From a virus (taxonomy: Duplodnaviria > Heunggongvirae > Uroviricota > Caudoviricetes), in IMG/VR virus record IMGVR_UViG_3300012346_000380, positions 160,001-224,000 of that record: a stretch of 64,000 bases of DNA. One strand, written 5' to 3'. A program made the position numbers and the translations under genes. This document shows, in pieces, positions 48,936 to 56,637 of this stretch; the stretch's first letter is position 1; the number at the start of each line of letters is the position of its first letter. The notes under the pieces are model-generated. The model did not search any database. It was given only the letters and a program-made list of their open reading frames with translations, and was not told where the DNA came from.

Positions 48936-49070
48936 AGGATGGGCTTTTATACGTGCTCTACCAACTGAGCTACTCTGAACGTGCCACTTAAGGCTGTGTT
49001 CAAAGGCCGGATTCGAACCGACGACCACGAGGTTAACAGCCTAGTTTTTATGGATTGCTGGAACCATCCT
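48936..49070 (-). ncRNA. CAGCAA cassette A: circularly permuted tRNA-Asn(GTT)-like RNA
   Basis: AGGATGG/CCATCCT closing stem; order is anticodon arm (CT GTT AA), T arm (GTCGG TTCGAAT CCGGC), acceptor 3' strand, 17-nt linker, acceptor 5' strand, D arm. Confidence 0.8.
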
Positions 49071-49086
49071 TGTATAATTAATAAAC

Positions 49087-49143
49087 GGAATACACATTGG
49101 TTTGAGTAAAAGTCAAAGTTTGTAAATTTGCTGTAGGTATTCC
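49087..49143 (-). ncRNA. CAGCAA cassette B: isolated tRNA-Lys(TTT)-like anticodon stem-loop
   Basis: GGAATAC/GTATTCC stem, CTA-CAGCAA, TTTGA-CTTTTAC-TCAAA. Confidence 0.65.
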
Positions 49144-49153
49144 AATAATTTTC

Positions 49154-49293
49154 AGGTTTCTATTGTTTTGACCAGCGCGTCTACCAATTTCGCCACACTC
49201 CAATTTGATTTAAATTTCGTTGGAGAGGTAGGACTCGAACCTACACGTCTTTCGACACCGGTTTCTTATAGAATTAATTGCTGTAAGAAACCT
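49154..49293 (-). ncRNA. CAGCAA cassette C: circularly permuted tRNA-Leu-like RNA
   Basis: AGGTTTC/GAAACCT stem; ACCGG, long variable arm GTC-GAAA-GAC, GTAGG TTCGAGT CCTAC, CTCTCCA, linker, TGGAGTG, Leu-type D arm GGCGAAATTGGTAGACGC, CTGGT. Confidence 0.8.
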
Positions 49294-49302
49294 TTAATGT
49301 TT

Positions 49303-49467
49303 TTATTTTACAGTCGTTGTATCAACTGTAACAGTGTCTACTTGTGCAGAATCAACCTGAACTGCTGTAGAATCAGCTGTTTCAGTTTTTGAAGTTGCTC
49401 CATTACCACAAGAAGCGATTGAGATTGTTGCTACGATAGCTGCGATTGCTAAAAATACTTTTTTCAT
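49303..49467 (-). CDS. Small Bacteroidota-type lipoprotein (54 aa; not in the ORF track)
   Basis: MKKVFLAIAAIVATISIAS-C-GNG lipobox; DS/DT-rich tail. Confidence 0.75.
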   Translation of the reverse strand: MKKVFLAIAAIVATISIASCGNGATSKTETADSTAVQVDSAQVDTVTVDTTTVK

Positions 49468-49503
49468 TTTTAATTTGTTTTAGTTTTAAATTTAATTGTA
49501 AAG

Positions 49504-49532
49504 ATTATACCCTTAAAGTTGGCTTTGTTTCA
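49504..49532 (-). promoter_or_regulatory. Middle-type promoter TGAAAC-N17-TATAAT heading the lipoprotein-ncRNA-tRNA operon
   Basis: Exact motif and spacing. Confidence 0.6.
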
Positions 49533-49536
49533 AAAA

Positions 49537-49713
49537 TTAAGCCTCTTTGTTTTTCTCAGAAACATCAACTCTTACTGCTTGAGCTAAAGCTTTAATATCT
49601 TGCATTGCTTTACGAACTCTGGTTCCAGCTGCTTTGTTTCCTTTTTCGAAAAATTTAGTTGCGTCTTCTTTGATTGAGTTAAGAATCTCTTCGATCTGAT
49701 TTAAATTTTGCAT
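49537..49713 (-). CDS. Histone H1-like (Hc1-family) nucleoid protein (58 aa; not in the ORF track)
   Basis: Read manually: ...KEDATKFFEKGNKAAGTRVRKAMQDIKALAQAVR..., with the KF.EKGNKAAG.R.RK signature. Confidence 0.8.
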   Translation of the reverse strand: MQNLNQIEEILNSIKEDATKFFEKGNKAAGTRVRKAMQDIKALAQAVRVDVSEKNKEA

Positions 49714-49752
49714 GTTTTTTAATTTTTTAATTAATAATTATACTGGTAAAAT

Positions 49753-49786
49753 AAAAAAGGTTTCATCGTTAAATGAAACCTTTTTT
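49753..49786 (-). terminator. Terminator after tRNA-Ala, overlapping a middle-type promoter (49737-49765)
   Basis: AAAAAAGGTTTCAT-CGTTAA-ATGAAACCTTTTTT. Confidence 0.7.
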
Positions 49787-49787
49787 G

Positions 49788-49861
49788 TGGAGATGACAGG
49801 AATCGAACCTGCGACCCTCTGCGTGCAAGGCAGATGCTCTAGCCAACTGAGCTACATCCCC
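49788..49861 (-). tRNA. tRNA-Ala (TGC)
   Basis: GGGGATG/CATCTCC acceptor with G3:U70, TCTGC-CTTGCAC-GCAGA anticodon arm, GGTTCGATT T loop. Confidence 0.95.
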
Positions 49862-49938
49862 AAGAGAGTTAGGACCTGAGACTTCTGCTATCTAGAATTT
49901 CTGCTGCTCCGTCCATACTCTTAGTCTTTTAAAAAAAC

Positions 49939-49994
49939 AGGATGCTATGTTTTGCTTTTCCATATAAAGTTTTTAAATTTGCTGGAAGCATCCT
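49939..49994 (-). ncRNA. CAGCAA cassette D: short payload with a weak hairpin
   Basis: AGGATGC/GCATCCT stem, TTC-CAGCAA, ATTTAAAAAC spacer like cassette B, CAAAACATA 3' linker like cassette C. Confidence 0.6.
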
Positions 49995-50005
49995 AATGTA
50001 TGTGA

Positions 50006-50179
50006 TTAACGTCCTGTATCTGATCCGTAACCTGAAGTTCCAAGATCTGGTCCAACGTAAGAACCTCCGCCGTAAGATGAACCACCACCATTTGGTTTGT
50101 TTCCACCTTTGTTGTTTTTACCTTTGAAGATAAAATAAGCAACTGCGGCTACTGCGATAATAATAATTGCTGTTATCAT
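50006..50179 (-). CDS. Small N-terminal-TM, Gly-rich protein (57 aa; not in the ORF track)
   Basis: MITAIIIAVAAVAYFIF KGKKQQGG...; late-type motif at 50211-50220. Confidence 0.6.
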   Translation of the reverse strand: MITAIIIIAVAAVAYFIFKGKNNKGGNKPNGGGSSYGGGSYVGPDLGTSGYGSDTGR

Positions 50180-50224
50180 GATTTATAAATATTTTTATTA
50201 ATGATATAACTTATATATCTGCAA

Positions 50225-50842
50225 TTATTTTTGTTTCAAACTTTTTTTAAGCCATTTGATTGGCATTATTTCTGGATAACTTTTTAATGGTCCTTCTTTT
50301 CTTTCAGGATGCCATTGCACACCTAAATAAATGTCTTCTTTGCCTATAAAAGCTTCTGTTAAACCATCTAACGAAACATAAATAACTTTTAATTCATCGC
50401 TTAGATATGAACAATATTGATGGTGTCTTGAATTAACCATGAAAATATCACCAGTTTCCGTGCTTTTGATCCAATGATAATGTGATTTTTTCTCGTGGTG
50501 ATCATCGTCATCTTTAAAATCATCAGCTTGGTGATCTTCAACTATTAAATTATCTATGTCTTTGACTTCTCCACCTAAAAAATAATTTAAGAGCTGCATA
50601 CCTCGACAAACACCTAAGATTGGCAATCTTTCTTTTATAGCTTGACTTATTAATCCAATTTCAAATGCATCTCGATTTTTATTAGCACCAATATCTGGTC
50701 CTCCGCATAAAACTAAAGCTCCTTCGATAGAATCATCTTTATTTAAAATTTTAATTTCAAAATCTTCACCTAACCAATTTAAATAGTTTTGTATCTCTAT
50801 TTTACTTTTTGGTGGTGCTAGGCTTATTTTGGGTTTTGACAT
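50225..50842 (-). CDS. Class I glutamine amidotransferase / peptidase C26
   Basis: LCGGPD, GVCRGMQL nucleophile, NSRHHQ, GVQWHPE. Confidence 0.9.
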   Translation of the reverse strand: MSKPKISLAPPKSKIEIQNYLNWLGEDFEIKILNKDDSIEGALVLCGGPDIGANKNRDAFEIGLISQAIKERLPILGVCRGMQLLNYFLGGEVKDIDNLIVEDHQADDFKDDDDHHEKKSHYHWIKSTETGDIFMVNSRHHQYCSYLSDELKVIYVSLDGLTEAFIGKEDIYLGVQWHPERKEGPLKSYPEIMPIKWLKKSLKQK

Positions 50843-51080
50843 CTTTGGTTTCTTTGATTACAACAGCTCTGATTCTATCAAATAATTTTTCTAAATCTTC
50901 AGCTGAATCTACTGACCATTTCTTTGTCTTTAAAATAAAGAAACATTCATTATCTCTATCTATTCCTAAACTTGAAACGGCTTCTATTTCTAGAAATTCA
51001 TATTCATCTTCACTTGATAAACAATTAGCGTCTTGTGAGAACTTAAATGCAGCCTCTTCTAATATTAATCCTTGTTCCAT
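50802..51080 (-). CDS. Hypothetical protein
   Basis: 92-aa ORF. Confidence 0.6.
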   Translation of the reverse strand: MEQGLILEEAAFKFSQDANCLSSEDEYEFLEIEAVSSLGIDRDNECFFILKTKKWSVDSAEDLEKLFDRIRAVVIKETKDVKTQNKPSTTKK

Positions 51081-51082
51081 AA

Positions 51083-51283
51083 TTATTTTACATTTGGTTT
51101 TTCAATAACTCTTAAATATGACTCTTTGTCTTCTAAACAATCTTCACAATAAGGTGAATAATATTCGTCTGTGTCATGATCTACACCTCTGTGCTTTTTT
51201 CTGGCTACAGTGTACATTTCATTTGTTGCAAATTCATCTAAACAATTTGAACAAACTTTGGTTGATGTGCTTCTCTTTTTCAT
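51083..51283 (-). CDS. Small zinc-finger-like protein
   Basis: CSNC...CEDC. Confidence 0.6.
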   Translation of the reverse strand: MKKRSTSTKVCSNCLDEFATNEMYTVARKKHRGVDHDTDEYYSPYCEDCLEDKESYLRVIEKPNVK

Positions 51284-51286
51284 AAT

Positions 51287-52579
51287 TTAAAAGTTTCTTT
51301 CAGTTTCGTAAATTGCTTTAATAGTTGGAAATCTTAAACTAATTCCACCGTTTTGATTGTGTGATTCTTCGAAGTATTGAATAGTTACTTGTTTGCCAAG
51401 AATTGCATCTGGGTTTTCTTTATATAATCTTCTTTGTTCAAGACTAAATCCAGATCCAACGTCAACTCTGTAACCTTTATGCTCAATTACAATATTACGC
51501 ATTACATCTTCTTCAACTTCTTTACCGTCTACAATAACTCTAAATGGACCGTTCTGTACATCTATTACTACGTATTCAGCATCGTAAAACTGTTTTACTT
51601 TAAGTACATCGTTGCTTCTTTTGCCTTGATATGGTGCATCTTTGCGTAACATAAGTCCTTCCCAAGCATTTTCTTTGGCTAATCCAATATAATAGGTTAG
51701 CATTCTCTCGTCAATTAGTAATTTTTGCTCTAGATAACCAATGTTTTTAAATTCTCTTTCAAAGAAAAGATTGTCTAATTGCACGTTTCTGATTGAAAAA
51801 CTTGTTGTACCTTCTTTGTTAACGAATTCTTCTAATGTTAAAATATCAAACATGTAAAAGAAAGGATTTTCAATCGTGTGATCTTTGCGTTTAATTTCTT
51901 TAATGATACCTTGAAAATTCTCATTACCATTTTCGTCTAACATACAAATTTCGCCATCAATGACCATATTTTTAAGGCCTAATGAAATGATCTCAGCATC
52001 TAAATTTTTAAGAGTCATGAATTCATTACCAGCTCTTGAAAAATACTTAGGCTCGCCATTTTCATCAATGATACAGATACAACGACAGCCATCTAATTTA
52101 CGACTCACATACCAATTATCTTCATTAAGGTTAACCTTCTTAGCCATTTTCTCATCAAAAGAATTAGCTAAAGCAACGTCAAATGTTGGAATCAGCCCAG
52201 GAATCACTTTGTTGATCATGGACGCAGTCGCTCTTGTCTTTAAGTTTCTGTCTATGATGTTGAAGATAAGCTCCTCGTGTCTCTTATTTGCAGCCACAAA
52301 GCCATTTACTGCGCTAATTGCATTATGGCCAGTTAGATGCCTAGAATTTAGATCATTTAATATATCAAACAAAGAAGAATAACCATAACTTGAAAGATGA
52401 CTAAGCTTCTTACAGTTTTCTGAAGTTACACCATATTGTTTGAATGTATTGTATGTGTATTCTAAAGCCTTTCTAACAGATTCATTATCTGCATATTTCT
52501 CAAGCACTTTTAATTTGTCTGTGTTTGAATTGGTAGAATTTTGAGCATCTATAAACTCTTGTATTTCGTCTAAGTACAT
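51287..52579 (-). CDS. lig: ATP-dependent DNA ligase
   Basis: KLDG motif I, IDGE, FDI, EGLMLR, LKVK, VGSG, LRFP. Confidence 0.95.
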   Translation of the reverse strand: MYLDEIQEFIDAQNSTNSNTDKLKVLEKYADNESVRKALEYTYNTFKQYGVTSENCKKLSHLSSYGYSSLFDILNDLNSRHLTGHNAISAVNGFVAANKRHEELIFNIIDRNLKTRATASMINKVIPGLIPTFDVALANSFDEKMAKKVNLNEDNWYVSRKLDGCRCICIIDENGEPKYFSRAGNEFMTLKNLDAEIISLGLKNMVIDGEICMLDENGNENFQGIIKEIKRKDHTIENPFFYMFDILTLEEFVNKEGTTSFSIRNVQLDNLFFEREFKNIGYLEQKLLIDERMLTYYIGLAKENAWEGLMLRKDAPYQGKRSNDVLKVKQFYDAEYVVIDVQNGPFRVIVDGKEVEEDVMRNIVIEHKGYRVDVGSGFSLEQRRLYKENPDAILGKQVTIQYFEESHNQNGGISLRFPTIKAIYETERNF

Positions 52580-52590
52580 ATATTTTAAAA

Positions 52591-52818
52591 TTAGTCTATT
52601 ACAATTACTTTTGATTCATGTCTTGGCATAAGAAGTGGTGAAGCTATAATTTGATTGACATTTTCATAAATAGCTTTAACTTCATCTTCTGTTGCATTTT
52701 TAACTTCAACCGTGATAGTTGAATATCCATCTTTAATCATTCTAAATTTTACATTTGGGAATAATGATCTAAGTTCTTGTGCTTTTTTAAGTCTTGATTT
52801 CTTTGTAAAGTAATACAT
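52591..52818 (-). CDS. Small early hypothetical protein
   Basis: 75 aa after an early promoter cassette. Confidence 0.6.
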   Translation of the reverse strand: MYYFTKKSRLKKAQELRSLFPNVKFRMIKDGYSTITVEVKNATEDEVKAIYENVNQIIASPLLMPRHESKVIVID

Positions 52819-52909
52819 GATTTGTTGTTTTTAATTATATGTAAATATACACAAAAAAGCCCAAACTAAAAAATCTGGGCTTACTTATTTTTAAAAGTTA
52901 CGAACAATT

Positions 52910-53599
52910 TTACAAGAATGTAACTTCATTTGTTTCTGGATTCCAGTCAAACGTAACTGGCTTATTCACATAGTCATATCTCTCATTTAAAATAGAAGCA
53001 TTAAAGAAATGAGTTCCATTGTGAAACTTGTAGCCGTATCCGCCGTGGATATGACCAAATACGTGTATTTTCGGAGGTTGCTCATCTACTTTTTCTCTTA
53101 ATAAGGCACAGCCTAAGTGTGGTTCATTATATGGAGGCCCACTCATATCTAAATGATCTTGCGGTGGTCCATGTGTAATTAAAATATCTGTGTTTTTTGG
53201 AATTGCTTCCCATTTTGCCATCAAACCAGGTCCACCTTTAGGTAAATTAAAGGCCCAACTGTAAAATTCAGGTTGCCAAGGACTACCATAAAGCTTAATT
53301 GCTTTATTTGTTATTCTAACCCAATCATCTTGTAAATAATCAATGTTCTTATAAGAATTAACTATTTCCATGGCTCTGTCTGGATTATTTTCAAACATTC
53401 TGTCATGATTACCTGCAATAAAGATTTTATAATCGTATTGTTCAAGTGAATCAAACCAATCACAAAAGTCTGTAATATCTTCTGCATTTCTACCAGAATT
53501 CATTAAATCGCCTGCGTGAATTAACAAATTACCACCTGGTAAATCATTACTGATTTCTCGGTGCTTAGTGTGCGTATCTGATATTAATGTGATAATCAT
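52910..53599 (-). CDS. Calcineurin-like metallophosphoesterase
   Basis: SDTH, HAGD, AGNHD, THGPP, FGHIH. Confidence 0.9.
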   Translation of the reverse strand: MIITLISDTHTKHREISNDLPGGNLLIHAGDLMNSGRNAEDITDFCDWFDSLEQYDYKIFIAGNHDRMFENNPDRAMEIVNSYKNIDYLQDDWVRITNKAIKLYGSPWQPEFYSWAFNLPKGGPGLMAKWEAIPKNTDILITHGPPQDHLDMSGPPYNEPHLGCALLREKVDEQPPKIHVFGHIHGGYGYKFHNGTHFFNASILNERYDYVNKPVTFDWNPETNEVTFL

Positions 53600-53955
53600 T
53601 AGTCGTGAATAGTTTTGAATGTTACAAATTCCATGGCCTTATGAGCTTCATGTAATCTTTTTAAAGCTGATTTTTCAGAAACTGCTCTACCAGATGGAGT
53701 TTTGATGTGCGTAATACCTCTTTGATTTAAATCATCAGTATTACCCCAAAGTAAATAATATTCTGGCTTTAAAGTTCCAGCTCTCCATGTTTTGTATACG
53801 TAGCCTTCGAATCTATCACCCCATTTACCTTCGTCAGGTTTCATAAAGCATTTAACTAAAGCTACTCTTTTACCTGTACCTTTATAATCTTCAGCTCTTT
53901 CAATTTCGAGTAATACTTTTACTTGGCCTAATGCGTCGTGCATAATTGTTTTCAT
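53599..53955 (-). CDS. Hypothetical protein
   Basis: 118-aa ORF. Confidence 0.6.
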   Translation of the reverse strand: MKTIMHDALGQVKVLLEIERAEDYKGTGKRVALVKCFMKPDEGKWGDRFEGYVYKTWRAGTLKPEYYLLWGNTDDLNQRGITHIKTPSGRAVSEKSALKRLHEAHKAMEFVTFKTIHD

Positions 53956-53956
53956 A

Positions 53957-54298
53957 CTATCTTATATTTAAAGTTTTGCGATAGTTTACAGTAGCTCTGC
54001 AAATAATATCTAATCTTTTATTTGGATCCATTTCTAAGATTCTTTCAGTACATTCAACAAATTTACCAGGCATCCATGTTAATTCTCGTTGAACCTTTTT
54101 AGTTTTGTTTAACTGATAGATTGTAAAAATGGTTTTACGAGTTCTCCAGTGTTTTGTTGTGTATTTACGGCGAACATATCCGCTCTCATAACTCATGTAA
54201 TCTGTGTTTGTCAATGGATCATGAAAACATTGAGTTCCATTGTTTGCTTGAGTTTGAGAAGTAACTTCAATTAATCTAAGTGCTTGTGTCTTTGTCAT
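53957..54298 (-). CDS. Early hypothetical protein
   Basis: 113 aa after the early promoter at ~54323. Confidence 0.6.
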   Translation of the reverse strand: MTKTQALRLIEVTSQTQANNGTQCFHDPLTNTDYMSYESGYVRRKYTTKHWRTRKTIFTIYQLNKTKKVQRELTWMPGKFVECTERILEMDPNKRLDIICRATVNYRKTLNIR

Positions 54299-54365
54299 AA
54301 CTTGTTTGTTTTAATTACTCTGTAAATATACACAAAACATTTGACATAAAAAAATATTTAAGCTT

Positions 54366-54842
54366 TTATTTTACGTCTTTTAATTCTGTTCTTAGTCTTC
54401 CAATTGCAGATTCCAATGTATTATAAACTGGAACGTTATATCTGCTACAAACAATGTCCACATTACCTTTACGCCAAAATCCATCTGGGCAACATACGAT
54501 CATTTTACCAGATTCGGCATATAAACCAAGCTCTAATAGACTAATTGGACTCTTGGTTTCTGGCGAAAAGTACATGAAAATAAGATTACACTCATCTAAT
54601 TTATTCATTTCCCAATTTACTTGTTCACTGAATTGCGGATTAGATTCTTTTTGTTCCCAGGAACTATCCCAATCATCTCTTCGGGGATTGAAAAAGGTTA
54701 AATCATTACGATCTTTAAATAGTTCAGGAATTACTGCCTGCCAATCTTCGGCTTTACCCATTTCAATAGAACCTGCTAAAAATACTTTAACACTTTTATC
54801 GGAATATACTCTGTTTTTTGGTTCTGGTTTAATTACTTCCAT
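54366..54842 (-). CDS. Nucleoside 2-deoxyribosyltransferase-like protein
   Basis: VFLAGSI, FNPRR, QVNWE, SPISLLELG, RKGNV. Confidence 0.85.
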   Translation of the reverse strand: MEVIKPEPKNRVYSDKSVKVFLAGSIEMGKAEDWQAVIPELFKDRNDLTFFNPRRDDWDSSWEQKESNPQFSEQVNWEMNKLDECNLIFMYFSPETKSPISLLELGLYAESGKMIVCCPDGFWRKGNVDIVCSRYNVPVYNTLESAIGRLRTELKDVK

Positions 54843-55167
54843 TTTGTGTAGCTTTAAGTTCTTCTATTTCTTTTTGCCAAGCTCTAATATCATACGCGTC
54901 CTTTGGATCTTGACATGGAGATTCTTTAATATATTTCTCCAGCTTTTCAATTCTAAGTTGTGTTTCTGACTTGGCTTTTTTCTCTCTTTCTAAATGCTCT
55001 ATAATTGATTTTTCTAATTCATTAAATGCTTTTAAAAGCGTAGGATTTGTCTGTGCATCATATCTAAATTTAGCGTCTTGAAAATTCTCAAGTGGCGTAG
55101 TTGGATATTGCCAATTCCAACGAAAGAAAGCTCCAGCTGCATCAAAAAATGCTTTAACTTTATTCAT
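54829..55167 (-). CDS. Hypothetical protein
   Basis: 112-aa ORF coupled to the NAMPT stop. Confidence 0.6.
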   Translation of the reverse strand: MNKVKAFFDAAGAFFRWNWQYPTTPLENFQDAKFRYDAQTNPTLLKAFNELEKSIIEHLEREKKAKSETQLRIEKLEKYIKESPCQDPKDAYDIRAWQKEIEELKATQNGSN

Positions 55168-56636
55168 TATGCCAATTTTAAACGTTCACGAATTTCAGTA
55201 AGAGTAGTTTGGTTTTCAAATTGACCATTCAAATAGATGGTTTTTAACATTCCTTTGTTCTCATCATACCAATTAACTTGGTCAAACAATGTAATCTCTC
55301 CATCTTCATTTTTTGCAACTCTTAATAAACCTTTTGCAGATTTTTTAACTCCATCGTCAGTGATTGGATCTTTGAAGATTTCTCTACCAACTCCATCAAC
55401 TTCAACATAGGTTGCTTTCATTGCAAAACCAAATGTATCTCTTGTGTTGAATTGATATGTAAAACTTCCAACGCCTAATACAATGTTTGTACTTGCAAAA
55501 CCTTTTGCTTCTAATCTTTTAAAGATTTGTTCAGCACGATCTAATGTAATTGAATCTCCGTAGATTGCTCCAATATGAGAGTCTAAAACTTTGTAACCTT
55601 GTTCGTTGATAGTTCCACCAAATACATCCCAAAGTAATTCAATAACACCTTTACCTTCTGGTGTTGTTGGATCAACATACTCGTCATTATGAATACCACT
55701 ATATCCACAAATAATATGAACTGGATCACCAGAGTCAGGTCGGATAACTACTTTACCATCTCTTGCTAAAATCTCTTCTTTAAGAGTAACAATATGTTCA
55801 GTACAAACTTTCCATAAATCCCAAGTATCTGATACGATTGAAAGAATTCCTGTTGGATATGTTTCCATCAAGTTTCTAAATGTTCCAACTTCATCTTCTT
55901 TAGATCCAGCACACATAACTGAGTGTTCAGTTGCGTTTACAGAACCTGCTACAAATTCAGTTTCATTGTAGAATTTTCTTGCTCCAAAGATTGCTGGTAA
56001 ACTGTCAGAACCAGAGAAACTTGTTAAGTGACCAAGACCTGAACTAATAGTTGCATCGATAGAATCTAAACCTCTCATTGAGAAATCATGTGCTTGCCAA
56101 TCTACAAACCAACCTTTTTCAGCATCAGTTTTTTCTTGCCATGATGTAAATAATTTACGGTAAGCATGTGCAATAGTCGCTGAAGTCATTGGTTTCCATA
56201 ACAAGTTAGAAATAACTGTTTCTAAGTAATTTGTAATCCAATAGAAACCTGGATGTGTATTGTAAATTGTCAAAACCGGAGTCTTCATTGGAACTAGGGT
56301 TCCTTCTTCGAGAGTTTTAACTATAATTGGCAAATAACCTAAATCATGTAAAGCTTCAAAGTGACTAACGTCATAGTCAGTATTTAAGTACATTGACAAT
56401 TCACGTTTCATTTCACCACAAACTTCATCTTTTGGCTTTGAAAAGAAATCTTTATCAAAAGCTTCGTGAATTTGTTTGATTACCATTTGTTGTCCAAATG
56501 ATACTAATTGGTCGCAACCTTTAGGTGCATACTTATTACTACGTGGAGTAAAATTTGAATAGACTAAAGTTGTTCCTTTAGGATATTGTTGGTGATGTCC
56601 TGTTTTGTAACCGTCGGTAAGAAATAATGGATTCAT
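55167..56636 (-). CDS. nadV: Nicotinamide phosphoribosyltransferase (NAMPT family)
   Basis: TDGYK..H..QYP, HDFSMRG, ATEHSVM, SIVSDTWD, IRPDSGDP, IYGDSIT, TRDTFGFAMKAT, KKSAKG. Confidence 0.9.
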   Translation of the reverse strand: MNPLFLTDGYKTGHHQQYPKGTTLVYSNFTPRSNKYAPKGCDQLVSFGQQMVIKQIHEAFDKDFFSKPKDEVCGEMKRELSMYLNTDYDVSHFEALHDLGYLPIIVKTLEEGTLVPMKTPVLTIYNTHPGFYWITNYLETVISNLLWKPMTSATIAHAYRKLFTSWQEKTDAEKGWFVDWQAHDFSMRGLDSIDATISSGLGHLTSFSGSDSLPAIFGARKFYNETEFVAGSVNATEHSVMCAGSKEDEVGTFRNLMETYPTGILSIVSDTWDLWKVCTEHIVTLKEEILARDGKVVIRPDSGDPVHIICGYSGIHNDEYVDPTTPEGKGVIELLWDVFGGTINEQGYKVLDSHIGAIYGDSITLDRAEQIFKRLEAKGFASTNIVLGVGSFTYQFNTRDTFGFAMKATYVEVDGVGREIFKDPITDDGVKKSAKGLLRVAKNEDGEITLFDQVNWYDENKGMLKTIYLNGQFENQTTLTEIRERLKLA

Positions 56637-56637
56637 A

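Noticed and set aside
48936-49994. CAGCAA cassettes as a CRISPR array or as simple tRNA pseudogenes
   Set aside because: There are no identical direct repeats and no cas genes in the window. The arms are intact, in permuted order and enclosed by covarying stems, which does not fit random decay.
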